From NCBI GenBank assembly GCA_951406725.2, contig OX597831.1, positions 48,670,001-48,734,000 of the forward strand: DNA of 64,000 nt, written 5' to 3'. The notes beneath the pieces were generated by a model. The model was not told the DNA's origin. It worked only from the letters and a program-made list of their open reading frames with translations, and ran no database searches. Positions 39,076 through 52,828 of the stretch are shown in pieces (the first letter of the stretch is position 1; each line of letters begins with the position of its first letter). This DNA comes from Octopus vulgaris. Taxonomy: Eukaryota. Position numbers and translations under genes: made by a program.

Positions 39076-40102
39076 AACAAAACCGAAATGCCATGGTTAA
39101 CAAAAGAGCCAAGATAGATTTAAATCAACCAAAACTATATGTAAGAAAATCTGAAGTTGAGATGGAATTTTAGAAATCCTTTAAATAGATTATTATCATC
39201 ACCACTGTTCTCTGCTATTGAATATAACAAAACAATAAATGACTTATTGTGTTTCCTTCATTGAAAACACTGCATGTAACCTTTACTAAAATGGATATGT
39301 GACATTCAATTGTAACGAAGCCAAGTTAATGGCCACTGTGTTACAGGGTATTTACAAACACTTAAACTAAATATTCAAGACTTGTCATTTTGTTGTTAGC
39401 AGAAATATGGTCTCTTGCTAAAAGGACTATAAGCTTGCTTTTGTTTTTGTTGTTTGTTTGTTCGTCTTTCGGCTGCTATTCACTAGATGCGAGTATGGCT
39501 GAATGGTGAAGAAGTTTGCTTTGAAACAGAAGGTTCTGGTTTCAGTTCCACTCTTTAGCATCTTGGGGAAAATATGTTTTACCATATTTTCAGGTAGAAC
39601 CAAGCCTACTTTTGAGAGTGAAATTAAACAGGCAGAAAGTCTGCTGGATGAATTGAACCTGTAATATGTTCTGCTGATTTAGCTTGTGAATTACATTAAT
39701 GGTAGAGATACCTGTGGAATACTCAGCCACCTATTGGTTACATATTGATTTAACAAGTAAGTGGTTTAGTTGATCAGACAAACTGACTGCTTATCATAGA
39801 CTGAAAGACATGCATGCTGGCATCTTGGGTGACTGTCTTCTGTTATAGCACCAAGCCAACCAAAGCCTTGAGAGTGGTTTTGTTAAACAGAAACTGAAAA
39901 AAAGAGCATCATATATATATATATATAATAATAATAAATATTAGGGAATAAATCCAAATTTACAGGGAAAAATCAGATTTAGGATTGAATCCAATTTTAT
40001 AGTAAAATATTATATAATATAATTAGAGACAAAACCACTATTTTGCAAATCAAACAAGGAAAGACTTAATCAATACATAAAAAATTTTAATATAAAGTAA
40101 AT

Positions 40103-40156
40103 AAATCGCCACTACAATTGTTTCCTGTCTTCAAATGACATTCATCAGGTGGATTT
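40103..40156 (-). ncRNA. Type I hammerhead motif (left arm)
   Basis: Reverse complement of 40205-40258. Confidence 0.7.
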
Positions 40157-40204
40157 CGTATCTTCTATTCAATTTCATAACTTTAAAATTGAATAGAAGA
40201 TACG

Positions 40205-40258
40205 AAATCCACCTGATGAATGTCATTTGAAGACAGGAAACAATTGTAGTGGCGATTT
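40205..40258 (+). ncRNA. Type I hammerhead motif (right arm)
   Basis: CCAC-CTGATGA-a-TGTC-atttgaa-GACA-g-GAA-ACAATTGT-A-GTGG; palindromic stem III; A.G mismatch at base of stem II. Confidence 0.7.
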
Positions 40259-40356
40259 ATTTACTTTATATTAAAATTTTTTTATGTATTGATTAAGTCT
40301 TTCCTTGTTTGATTTGCAAAATAGTGGTTTTGTCTCTAATTATATTATATATATAT

Positions 40357-40515
40357 AGTTCAAATTTATAAAAAAACAAAAATGAAGACAGATATAGGAA
40401 CAACATGTAAATGAAGTAGTTTGACACTCAGGACAAATGGAAAAGTCTTTTACGTTTTGAGCCTACATTCTTCGACAGAAAGGAACAAGAGGAAATAAAT
40501 AGAGAGAATGAAAAC
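40357..40515 (-). mobile_element. TA-associated hammerhead-like element
   Basis: CTTT-CTGTCGA-A-GAATgtagGCTC-AAA-ACGT-A-AAAG 40447-40482. Confidence 0.6.
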
Positions 40516-41110
40516 AACCATGCCCCATGAATAGTAGTCCATGGCATTACAATCAAGGGAATTAGGAGATGAGCAATTGGGGTTGGTACAGTTATAGAAA
40601 TTCTCTGCCACCCACTTCTGACTCTTCTGGAGGTATGACAAGGAAGGGGATCCTGCTGCCACACATATGGCCTTACAGCAACAATCCTCTCTCACCAGGG
40701 TTTGACTACAGTCTCCAGCAGTTGCACATAACCATCTGATTTGATCCTAAGGCTCCATTCAAACATGTATGGATGAATTCCAGTGTGAAGACAGTCGTCA
40801 GAAGGTCTGCTGTTTCCTTTCCTGCCGGCCACACCTTCGTAGTCCCTATTGCAGATGTCCATGTCATGTCTTACAGCCTTTACAATGGTCACAGAGCACT
40901 CAGCTGCAGTGATGATGTTGGCATTTTGATATCTGGCATGAATCATCATGATACAGGTAACACTTTTCCAATATTCAGATGACTTCCAGTCCTCCATGTC
41001 TGCTAATTTTTTCACAACTACAGCTTTAATCTTTACACCCTTCAGCACTGGTGGCTGTTCGCCAATACATTAAGCTGTTCTTGAAAAAAAGGCGACATAA
41101 AACTTGTCAA
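40516..41110 (-). mobile_element. maT (DD37D-like) transposase remnant
   Basis: YVQLLETVVKPW; WQQD..PCHTS; SPNSLDCNAMDYYSWG; ~37 residues between Asp2 and Asp3 across a frameshift. Confidence 0.8.
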
Positions 41111-41389
41111 ATTTAGCCAAAAAGCTATGTGTGTGCACGCACGTGTGTTTGTCTGTGTGTGTGCATGTGTGTACGTTTGCTTCTCTGTGTGTATGTATGT
41201 GTGTGTCTTTATCTTTGTGTTCGTCTTTGTCCACCAGCATTACTTGATAATCGATGTTGGTTTGTTTATGTCTCTGTAACTTAGCAGTTCATCACAAGAG
41301 ACCAAGTTTTTTTAAAAAGTAAATACTGGGGTCAGTTTGTTCAGTCCAGTGACTGAAGCAAGTAAAAGATAAAAGATAAAAAGACATGG

Positions 41390-41421
<32 letters not shown>

Positions 41422-41879
41422 GGGTGGAAGTGGTGATTATGAAATGATACATTGCATTACACCTGGTATTGTATAACATATATGTAAACATATTTAGTTC
41501 TTCCATGAAGATTGATTTAGGTTGAAAACACAAGTTAATGAGAATATGTCATCAGGAATTCTCATTAAATGTATGTGTAAACAACTGCATCATTAAACTC
41601 GTGGCAAAGATTGCTTTTGAATTTTATATATTGATACACTCATACATGACACATGCACACACACACACACACACACGCATGCACACATACACACACACAT
41701 ACACATATACACAAACATAGAGATACAGACAGATAGACAGAGAAATGGACAGAATGGATAGATAAATGGATAAGATAGATAGATATAGACAGACAGACAG
41801 ACAGATAGATACATTGAACTTGTATGTGTGTAAGTTCAAAATATTATTTATCTAACTATCTAATATATATATATATAGA

Positions 41880-42187
41880 TGTTTGTTGTTTGTTCCAACT
41901 CAAGCCATACCTGGCTCATAAGGGTCGGTTTCCCAGTTTCCTTGGTGTATAGGTTCCCACCTGGATGGGACGCCGATCCATCGCGGATGAGCTGCAAGAT
42001 GCAGGAGGAAAGAGTGAGAGAAAGTTGTGGCGAAAGAGTCAGCAGAAGTTCGCCATTACCTTCTGCCGGAGCCCCGTGGAGCTTAAGTATTTCACTCATA
42101 AACACATACATCGCCCGGTCTGAGATTCGAACATGCAATCCCTTGACCGTGAGTCCACTGCTCTAACCACTAGGCCATGTGCCTCCA
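41880..42187 (-). mobile_element. SINE family C, different 3' half
   Basis: Head matches 27028; tail differs and resembles 8301-8548. Confidence 0.8.
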
Positions 42188-42244
42188 TATATATATATAT
42201 ATATATATAGTATATAATTTTAAATATATATATATGATATGAAT

Positions 42245-43403
42245 ATAGAAATCCAAAGGAGCTCTAGCAAGACCATTACAGATCCTCTTCCAAAGGTTGT
42301 GTGACAGATCTTGATTTTACAAAGGCCTTTGATAAGGTTGGTCATGGGACGATATGTCACAAGCTATGGGGACTTGGCATATTTGGATAACTGAGAGAAT
42401 GGTTACATGGCTTCTTAAAAGACAGAGGCCAAGCTGTGGCACCCAATGGCTCAGGGAACTGTCTTGGGGACCACTGCTGTTTATGGTAGAATTTTTGGAC
42501 ATACCATCAGTTACACAGACTGCCACACTTAGTAACTGTGCTAATGACACAAAAATAGCACAAGCAGTCAAGGAACCTCCCAATTCTAATCTTATACAGA
42601 AAGATTTTGATGCCATATATAAATGACATCAGAAAACAACATGCAATTTAATGTAGGGAAATTCCGAGTCATCCACTATCAGCTAGCTTGTGCTTACATG
42701 CTTCAACAACAATACTTTATACCAAAAAGGGGCTGCAATCCAACAGTCAAGTATAGTGCATGATCTGGGGATTGATATGAGCACAACACCTTACATGCAT
42801 ATCACACCTCATTTCAAGTGCAAATCACCAAGGTGGTGGCAATGTGCAGGCAAATGGCACAATGGACTCTGAGAACTTTCAGCAGTACTACATCAGAGAG
42901 ACTGCATCAGTGGAACAGCTGAGTACTGAGAGAGACTGAAAGAGCTATGAATCAACTCTCTGAAATGAAAATGGGAGAGACATGCAGTGGTATACATATG
43001 GAAGTTCATGGATGGGCTGGCACCAAACTTTGACATCAAATGCTATACCAGCGCCAAAACTGGATGTCACTGGATTGTTCTAAAGGTCCTGGTTATCCCA
43101 TCTAGAGTGAGAACAATGTACTGCAATAACTTGGGATTCAAAGGTCCACAACAATTTAATACCTTACCAAAACATTTGAGGAATATACACAGAGTAGGGG
43201 TAGATGTCTTAAAAAAACAACTTAGCCTCATGCTGTCTAAGGTCCCAGATGAACCTGCAATATAGCAAGAAACACTAAAGTCAAACTGCCACCTTCACCA
43301 AAAGCCAATCACATAAGAATAGCCATTGCAAAGATGATAACATTGGCAGTGCCCCAGAATGGCCACAGTCTTTGGGCTGAAATACATAAAAGAATAAAAG
43401 AAT
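42245..43403 (+). mobile_element. Decayed CR1-group LINE (RT to 3' end)
   Basis: DFTKAFDKVGH at ~42313; QGTVLG-PLLF; CANDTK (YADD-derived); VYIWKFMDGLAPNFDI; related to 11256-13080. Confidence 0.85.
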
Positions 43404-43410
43404 ATATACA

Positions 43411-43461
<51 letters not shown>

Positions 43462-43463
<2 letters not shown>

Positions 43464-43700
43464 AAAAAGGAGATGTCGAACACGAGTGGTGATATATAAA
43501 AGGAAATGAAGAAAATGCTGACAAATAATTGAAGTAATTTAAGTAATTTAATTAGGTGAAAGTTCTTTTTACGGTTGCGCATTTGTTATGCTTATCAAAA
43601 CATATTTTGATAAGCATAACAAATGCGCAACGAAAAGAACTTTCACCTAATTAAATTACTTAAATTACTTCAATTATTTGTCAGCATTTTCTTCATTTCC

Positions 43701-43710
<10 letters not shown>
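43462..43710. repeat. Palindrome in (TA)n, ~108-bp arms
   Basis: 43492-43600 vs 43605-43710. Confidence 0.9.
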
Positions 43711-43734
<24 letters not shown>

Positions 43735-43737
<3 letters not shown>

Positions 43738-44452
43738 GTGAGTTCAATTTGAAGTTATAAAAAACCGTCAAAGGGATATTTGTATCCAAGGAATTACTAG
43801 TGTCTTACCTATATTTGATTATGAGTATTAATGAACAAAACATTAAAACATGAAGATTTGTAATAAGATGTCACTACTGTTAATATCATCTGTGGAGAAA
43901 ATTTAACAGCAGTAACATAGGTGGTTCATAGGCAAATAACATTATTTAGCTATAACATACAAATTAGCACAAAGTGCAAGGATGCAGAAAAGTATCAACC
44001 TGCTAGAAATAAGAGCTAAAGTCATCTGCATACACGAGTTTTGGCTTTTGGAAATATAATCCTTGAGCCACTTCAGTACTGACCACCTGGTCCGCTAACA
44101 GACATATAACATGATGGACTTGAATTTTTACCAAGTGGTCTGAACTGAAGAGGTTCAAGGATTAAATTTCCAAAAGCCAAAACTCAGGTATGTAGATATA
44201 CTAAATAGCATAATTTTTCATAGGTGTGCTTTTGACTATATTAATTCCTCCCGTTTCCTTGCCTACTGTTATTTCTTATTATCGTGGTGCTTTACGGTAG
44301 TTTAATTAAGACTTTAGCTCTTATTTCTAGCAGGTTGATGCTTTTCTGCATCCTTATACTTTGTGCTAATTTGTATATTAGTATTAATGCTCATAAATGA
44401 TAGGTAAGGAAAGGAATAAACCGAAGTTTACCTCCATTTTCTTATTTTTCCT

Positions 44453-44455
<3 letters not shown>
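43735..44455. repeat. Multi-layer fold-back insert in (TA)n
   Basis: Pairs 43804-43832/44382-44409, 43957-44023/44310-44376, 44024-44090/44131-44197. Confidence 0.85.
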
Positions 44456-44485
<30 letters not shown>

Positions 44486-45024
44486 AGATAGATAGATAGA
44501 TAGATAGATAGATACAGATATAGATATAGATTTCACGACATCCATATATGTATATATTTATAAAAAAATATTAAACTATATGAAACAAAGGCATTTTTCT
44601 TCCACTTTATATATATATATATATTCCTCTCTCTCTTTCGGAGAGGCACTGAGCAGCTATACACACACATACACACACGGCAGTAACCCCCGCCTACCGA
44701 ATTCAATCACAAAGCTCCAGTTGGCTTGGGGCTATAGCGGAAGACACCTACCCAAAGTGCCACACAGTGGGACTGAACCCGAAACCACGTAGCTAGGAAG
44801 CAAGCTCCCACATATATATATATATATACATATATATGTACATATATGTATACATACATATATATATACATACATATACATATACATATACACACACACA
44901 CATTAGATAGATAGGTATGTGTAACTTTATATAAGTACAACATATCTCTCTATTTACCAATCTATATTTTCTCTGTATATATATATATATATATATACAT
45001 ACATACATATATATATATATATAC

Positions 45025-45069
<45 letters not shown>

Positions 45070-45122
45070 CAAGGAACGGCCATAATAGGCCATTCACCCA
45101 CTAGAAATAACAGCCAAAGCTT

Positions 45123-45172
<50 letters not shown>

Positions 45173-46199
45173 CATATATATGTGTGTGTATGTCTATATA
45201 TATATATATATATGCATAAATGTATGTATGAATACATACATACACAACTATATATACGTACATATATATATCCATCCATATCTACATTTATATACATACA
45301 TATGTACATATATAAATACCTACATGCGTACTAACCTGCAGACAGACATGCATATATGCATCTACATACTCTGTAAACATCCACGCCATATATACATCCA
45401 CATCATAATAAACTGAACCTTGAGATGCCAGGGGGAATATATTTACATTTACAAACAGATGTATAGTAAAACACATTAATTTGAAATTATTTCCATCTTT
45501 GTTTATACAAATAAAGCAGAAATATATCATTATTAAAAATTAATTAGCATTATAATGATGATACTCCCTAGAAAATCCTGTATAACGTCTCCATTTTAAT
45601 AAGATATTGAGAATAAATAAAGCATGGTGGGTAAACATCCTGGAACCAGAACTTTTCATCAGAAAAAATAAAGAATAAAACAAATAATAAAGTAAGTTGT
45701 GTCAGTTAATGTAGTCCAAGGTACATGAAGACAGGATGGTCATGACTAGAATATATTTGATCATAATTCTGCTTGATCAGGGCTGACCTGAGGCTAAATG
45801 ACAATGTGACAAGAATCTAACTCATAGATTAAAACTTTCATAGACTGTAAATGTCAACACACACACACACACACACACATACAAGCGCATCTTCATATAT
45901 ATGTACATATATATATATCTTCAATACTAGTGCACTTTCATCTTTGGGATCATGACACCACATACTGGCGTCGATCTTTCATCTAACTTTTCTACTTTTC
46001 CCTTCATCTCTCTCACTTTAATTCCTTGCACTGTGTAACACGATTTTTGTCGTTGGGTAGCAACTGTTATATTCCTATTTGTTTACCCTCAGAAAGCATG
46101 AAAAAAATGGCTAATATTTCCTTCAAACTTTTGCTTATATTACATTTATTCAAACCACAAAGAATGCTTCTCAACACATGGTTATGATGCTCCCCTACC

Positions 46200-46469
46200 A
46201 CTAAGCTACGGGGACGTAAACACACCAGCATCGGTTGTCAAGCGATGGTGGGAGGACAAACACAGACACACAAACACATACACATACATACATATATATA
46301 CATATATACGATGGGCTTCTTTCAGTTTCTGTCTACCAAATCCACTCACAAGGTTTTGGTTGACCCGAGGCTATAGTAGAAGACACTTGCCCAAGGTGCC
46401 ATGTAGTGGGACTGAACCCTGAACCATGTGGTTGGTAAGCAAGCTACTTACCACACAGCCACTCCTATG

Positions 46470-46473
<4 letters not shown>
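46200..46473 (-). mobile_element. SINE family A (tail truncated)
   Basis: Homology to 5755-6190. Confidence 0.85.
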
Positions 46474-46559
<86 letters not shown>

Positions 46560-47847
46560 TGAGAAGTTCTCACTTCTCACTTTTATAGATCACCAGGCAA
46601 CCTTTTGTTGGTATGTGTACCTTTGATGTAATTCTCATAGAGATTCATAGTGGTAGTATCTGAAAAATGTGGTCTTTTGAATTCCGGGTGTGGTCTTTCT
46701 GACTGTCTTCAGAACAAGTTTTTGTTAACCCATTTTTCACTTGTAAAATTCAAGTTTATCCAGAACACTGGTAAAAGATACTTCCCAAATTTGTCATGCA
46801 GTGAGATTGAAACCAGGACTGTATAACTGTGAAGAAAACTTCTTAACCACTCTGCTGTGCATAGCGAAGTACAATTTACTGCTGTAGGCAGGAAAGCAAT
46901 TACATAGTTGATAGGTATTTTGTTAGTTTGTAATGCCAAACTAAAATTCCTTCTAAGCCAAACTTATACTAGATTGACATTCTATTTCGAAAAAGGGAAG
47001 AAAAAATCTTCTCCTGTCATCAACTTGTAACCTATGATAAATTACAGTACACTGCAACTCCTGATATTGACAGAAGATTAAAAAAAAACTGTTTGAAAGG
47101 AAAGAATAAGTGATGAAAATTAAGTAATCAATAAATTGCTTTCCTCTGATATATCTTCCATAAGATATTTTGGAAAGCCAGTATACTAATTCAAATAATT
47201 CTACCTATAAACTTTCCCAGATGTAGCTTACCTGTCAAAATATAATTGAAAAATTTATTTGCTTTTTTTTTTTCATTTTCTATCTAACCTTTTTTTGGCT
47301 TTAAGTAGAGTGAAATTATAGACTATATTGGTGATTTTTTTTTTGTCTTAGTTATTATTATCCTGTCCAATCTAATGGGTTTTAAATACATTTTAAAATT
47401 TTAATTTGTTTTATCTTCCCTTAAAGGTCAGTGTCTTCCTTCCTGATTCTATGCTTCCACTTTGCTTTTTTTCCTTTTTTGCATGCATTCTTCAATAACA
47501 ACATCATTGATATTTCTTTTCAAATAAGGTTCAAATTTTAATCTTTGAACATAGTGTTTTCCTTAGCAGACAGCTATTACAAGGGAGATAATCATTTCTT
47601 CATAATATTTGGTGGGATAAGAAGTTTTAACTTGAAACTAAGGAATAAGGAAAAGGGTGTTTTGAATACAATTTTTTTTAGTTGTTGCTTACATATTATG
47701 AAGTTCTTAAAATTTCTCGTCAGTTGACAAAGTTTTAATCTTACATCATTAGTTTTTGCTTCCTTCTATTTTTCTTTCTAGCGCAAATAGGATGAGTTTT
47801 GTAATTTTATATGGTTGTACTCTGATGGAGTACAGGTTTTTTCACTA

Positions 47848-48228
47848 TTACTCTTTTACTTGTTTCAGTCATTTGACTGTGGCCATGCTGGAGCACAGCC
47901 TTTAGTCAAGCAAATCGACCCCAGGACTTATTCTTTGGAAGCCTAGTACTTATTCTATTGGTCTCTTTTGCCAAGCTGCTAAGTTACAGGGACGTAAACA
48001 CACCAACATCGGTTGTCAAGCGATGTTGGGGGACAAACATAGACACACAAACACACACACATATATATATACATATACATATATACGACAGGCTTCTTTC
48101 AGTTTCCGTCTACCAAATCCACTCACAAGGCCCAAGGCTATAGTAGAAGACACTTGCTCAAGGTACCATGCAGTGGGACTGAACCCAGAACCATGTGGTT
48201 GGTAAACAAGCTACTTACCACACAACTC
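47848..48228 (-). mobile_element. SINE family A
   Basis: Homology to 5755-6190. Confidence 0.9.
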
Positions 48229-48631
48229 TTAATCCATAATCCATTAAGTTGCAATGTATCTAAGGCACAACACATTACTTGTAGTAAAGTTTAAATATGC
48301 TCACAAATACTTTCTGCTATTTTTTCTGGAATTTATTATTTACTTTGTCAATCTTAATTTTATTTAATGAATTTCACTCTGCTCCATATATGAAGGCACA
48401 TGATCTATTGATTAGGTTGTCGCACTCACAGTCATGAGATTGTTTGTTCAATTCCCGGAACAGATGGTGCATTGTTTTCTTAAGCAAAACACTTAATTTC
48501 ACATTGCACCAGTCCACTCAGCTGTAAAATGAGTTCCTGTAATGGCTGGGAAATTTATCCTGTGTTAGACCAGCATCCTGTTCATAAAGTAGTTTTGTAA
48601 TTTCAATAATTTGTAAAAACCATGTTAAGAA

Positions 48632-48865
48632 GGTGGCAAACTGGCAGAAACGTTGGCACACCGGGCGAAATGTTTAGCAGTATTTCGTCTGCTGCTACGT
48701 TCTGAGTTCAAATTCCGCTGAGGTCGACTTTACCTTTTATCCTTTCTGAGTCGATTAAATAAGTACCAGTTAGGTACTGGGTTTGATGTAATTGACTTAA
48801 TCCGTTTTTCTGTCCTTTTTTGTCCCCTCTATGTTTAGCCCCTTGTGGACAATAAAGAAATAAGA
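48632..48865 (+). mobile_element. SINE family B, alternative tail
   Basis: Homology to 4880-5105. Confidence 0.85.
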
Positions 48866-49372
48866 AACCATGTTAAGTTTCAGCTTTGTGCCTCCTAGGG
48901 TTCCTGACAGATTTAACCCTGCTCCATACCAACTTTTACCCATCTTTTATTTTTGATCCACTTTCTATTGTTAATTCACCCACAGAGTCATATAGTCACA
49001 TTCAACAGAATCAATTAGAAATCTGGCTACTGTCCAAAAGATGTGTTATAGGTTGAAGTGGCACTTTTTTTATTTCCCAAGAGGCTAGGCTATTAAAAGC
49101 CAAATTGGTGAAAGAAGAATTGGAATGCAAAACACTGAAGTTAATGACAGTCTCTCAAGACCAAGAAAGATAATTCTGAAATTTCTTGCTGAACATAATG
49201 ATACAGATGATTTGTTTATAGTGATTAAATGTTTGTGCTGTACATAAGCTCATCCTCTCTATCAAATTGGCATTACCTGTACAGGTGCACGGTTTGTCAC
49301 ATGTCATATGTGAAAGTGATCATAGAACAACACGAAATGGAATGTTTTGATCAAAAACAGGAACTTCAACCA

Positions 49373-49681
49373 TGTTTTGTGGTCTGCTACCACAACAGCT
49401 CCTTTATAGGATCCAGTTAGCACAAGACATCATCAGGAGGAACCGCGTCCGGTTTCGGCTCCTACTCCTTTACCGTTTTAGACATGGTGGGCCCCCTCGT
49501 CTTTCGGAGGCGTCTTCAGCTCTGGTGTTGAGTGCATGTCTTCTTTCTCCTTCTTTCTTCTGTTCCTTGGCCTCTTTGATGTAGCATCAAGGAGTGTCAG
49601 CGGGCAACTGACTGTCTTGTCAAATTTCCCTTTAAATACCCGCTGCTAGGCTCCAGCAGGCAGCCCCAGCAAGATGTCACA
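49373..49681 (-). mobile_element. Possible short solo LTR inside a decayed SINE C
   Basis: TGT...ACA ends, TATTTAAA then TCAGTT on minus strand, CpG-rich; no clear TSD. Confidence 0.3.
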
Positions 49682-50209
49682 TGACACCATCTATTACCTG
49701 GTCTGGGAATCAAAACCTTGACCTTACAATGGTATATTCTGACTGATTACACCTCCTGCATTGCATCAGTTGTTATTGTTTGGAAGCTGGATGGCTAAGT
49801 TCACATCTGTGACAATTTTAAAGTCTTCTTCAATAATCAGACTAAGGAAAATTATTGTCAAGTGTTTATATAGGATAAATTATACAATAATCTAAAGGGT
49901 GAGAAGAACTTCAGGGTAATCAATTTAAAAGATTACTCTGTATATCTCGGTTTTGAAATAGTCATAACATGTCCCAACATATTGTAAGAGGTAAGATGGT
50001 GACAGGAAGAACATCTGCCCATAAAACACTACCACAAAAACAAAAAAAAAATCAAACCCATGCTGTCATAGAAAAGTGGATGTAAAACGATTATCATCAT
50101 CCCCATCATTGTCATTGTTATCACCACTGCCACCACCACCACCACCACCACCACCATCATCATCGTTGTCGTCGTCTCCATCATCATTGTTACCAATATC
50201 ATTGTCACT

Positions 50210-50215
50210 ACCACC

Positions 50216-50264
<49 letters not shown>

Positions 50265-50494
50265 CTATCATCATCATCATCATCACCATCATCGTCATTG
50301 TCATTGTCATCATCATCATCATCATCATCACTGTTACCATCATTATAATTGCAGTTGTTGTCATTGTCACTGACATCATCATCATCACCACCACCATCAT
50401 TCTCAATTGATTCAAAAAGCAGCATTGAACATCCTGCCGAAGTAGTAGAGAAATCTTGAGAAGCACCATCATCATCATCATCACCACCACCATC

Positions 50495-50525
<31 letters not shown>

Positions 50526-50755
50526 CTATCATCATCATCATCATCACCATCATCGTCATTGTCATTGTCATCATCATCATCATCATCATCACTGTTACCA
50601 TCATTATAATTGCAGTTGTTGTTATTGTCACTGACATCATCATCATCATCACCACCATCATTCTCAATTGATTCAAAAAGCAGCATTGAACATCCTGCCG
50701 AAGTAGTAGAGAAATCTTGAGAAGCACCATCATCATCATCATCACCACCACCATC

Positions 50756-50786
<31 letters not shown>

Positions 50787-51250
50787 CTATCATCATCATC
50801 ATCATCACCATCATCGTCATTGTCATTGTCATCATCATCATCATCATCATCACTGTTACCATCATTATAATTGCAGTTGTTGTCATTGTCACTGACATCA
50901 TCATCATCACCACCACCATCATTCTCAATTGATTCAAAAAGCAGCATTGAACATCCTGCCGAAGTAGTAGAGAAATCTTGAGAAGCACCATCATCATCAT
51001 CATCACCACCACCACCATCATCATCATCATCACCATCATCATCATCACCACTATCATCATCATCACCATCATCGTCATTGTCATTGTCATCATCATCATC
51101 ATCATCATCACTGTTACCATCATTATAATTGCAGTTGTTGTCATTGTCACTGACATCATCATCATCATCATCACCACCATCATTCTCAATTGATTCAAAA
51201 AGCAGCATTGAACATCCTGCCGAAGTAGTACAGAAATCTTGAGAAGCACC
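50210..51250. repeat. 261-bp tandem repeat x4 of (CAT/CAC)n plus a unique ~67-bp block
   Basis: TCTCAATTGATTC at 50401, 50662, 50923, 51184. Confidence 0.95.
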
Positions 51251-51562
51251 GTATTTTTCGTAGCCAATCTGTTTCTGTTGATTTCTTCCATGGTTGGTTG
51301 AAATCTCAAGTATGGTATAAAGAATGTGATCATTTCAATATTTGCTTTGATCCTTTCTTTACCAGTGGACAGCTGTGTTCATTTAGATGTTATTGTGTTA
51401 TAGTTAGTTCAAGTAAAATGTGGCCTCAGACTTAACATGAATAAAGTTGAGGAACAATCTCTAAGATGCAGCAATACTTTATCGCTGGTTGCCATATTCT
51501 AAGTGTATATAATTTCTACGACAAAATCTTAACATTATGAGTGGGTGCTGAAAAGGTCCTCG

Positions 51563-51612
<50 letters not shown>

Positions 51613-51804
51613 AGTTAATAAAAAATAACATATATCAGAAAGAAGCACAGTCTAAAGAATAGAGCTGCAATTATTACAACAAAATTTTATGCAGAGTTAC
51701 CCAAGGTTTTGCACCCACAAAGCCAAAGCCTTGTGAACAGCTCGTCAGACTCTATATAAAATTTTCTTGAATAAATATATATATGTGTGTGTGTGTGTGT
51801 GTAT

Positions 51805-51991
51805 CGTTGGCGATTTTTTTCCTCCGTCTTCCCTTCCTTGGATCTTTTCTTTTCCTATGTATTTGATGAAGAGCACCGCTCGAAACATTAAATCCTCCTT
51901 CTTTCTTTCCTCTCCTGAGCGTCCAATAACACTATACTTATTCCATGTCCTCGCGTTGTTGTGTTTTCTCTTTGTGTTTTCATGTTTGGAT

Positions 51992-51997
<6 letters not shown>
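51805..51997 (+). mobile_element. TA-associated hammerhead-like element
   Basis: TTGATGA-A-GAGCaccGCTC-GAA-ACAT-T-AAAT 51863-51893. Confidence 0.65.
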
Positions 51998-52034
<37 letters not shown>

Positions 52035-52038
<4 letters not shown>

Positions 52039-52266
52039 GGTGGCCCAAAAGTAGGTTTACAGTTATCACATAGGCACTTTAAATTTTTTTTAAAACATTT
52101 TATTATATTTATATTTCTATCTTACAAACTGAAAAAAGGAGCTTAACAAAATTAACCCAATTAGAATAGAATAATGGTTTCATATGTTTTTTATAGTCAA
52201 AATCTAAACTGTTAATATATGAATACGAAAGAGATAGTTGAATAACTATAAACCTACTTTTAGGTC
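52035..52266. mobile_element. Tc1/mariner MITE
   Basis: TA-CAGGGTGGCCCAAAAGTAGGTTTACAGTTAT / ATAACTATAAACCTACTTTTAGG; terminus shared with the DD41D TIR. Confidence 0.75.
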
Positions 52267-52284
52267 TGTGTGTGTGTGTGTGTG

Positions 52285-52370
<86 letters not shown>

Positions 52371-52371
52371 C

Positions 52372-52563
52372 CAAGGGGTACTGGAAAGTTCCTGGCTTTA
52401 AGTTTATCATGAAAGGCCAGGTTGGAGGCCCAAGCATCTGAGTTCTTTTACAGGGCTTAGAAAAACTGAAGGACCACTGCAATAAGTGTGTGAATCTGAG
52501 AGAGGAATATGTTGAATAAAATCATAATTAACTGATCCTCCTGTATTTTTCAGCACCTCCTTG
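52372..52563 (+). mobile_element. Mariner-derived MITE
   Basis: Encodes mariner C-terminus QGLEKLKDHCNKCVNLREEYVE*. Confidence 0.85.
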
Positions 52564-52639
52564 TTTTACAGGTGTTAAAGTAGATATTTTCCTATTTTTG
52601 TGATGAATAGATAGATAGATATCAAAATGTAACTACAAG

Positions 52640-52828
52640 TGGATTGTTGACGATTTTTTCCTCCAACTTCCTTTTCTCTTGGACTTTCCTCTTTCTCTTG
52701 ATTCTGAAGAAGAGTTTTGCTCAAAACATAAAACAACCTGAGTGTCTTTTAATACTTTGCATCTTTGCATGTACCACATCCTCGCATTGTTGGTTTTTAT
52801 TGTGTTTTTCTTCATTGTTTTGGATTAT
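52640..52828 (+). mobile_element. Older TA-associated hammerhead-like element
   Basis: CTGAAGA-A-GAGTtttGCTC-AAA-ACAT at ~52704-52729. Confidence 0.55.

Larger units (their letters stand above)
39915..40351. repeat. Apparently perfect palindrome in (TA)n, ~165-bp arms, 10-nt spacer
   Basis: 40011-40175 vs 40186-40350; 39915-40010 unpaired. Confidence 0.95.

Noticed and set aside
47226-47255. Minus-strand TTTTGACAG|GTAAGC recursive site
   Set aside because: Weak pyrimidine tract, no clear branch point, opposite strand to the stronger candidate
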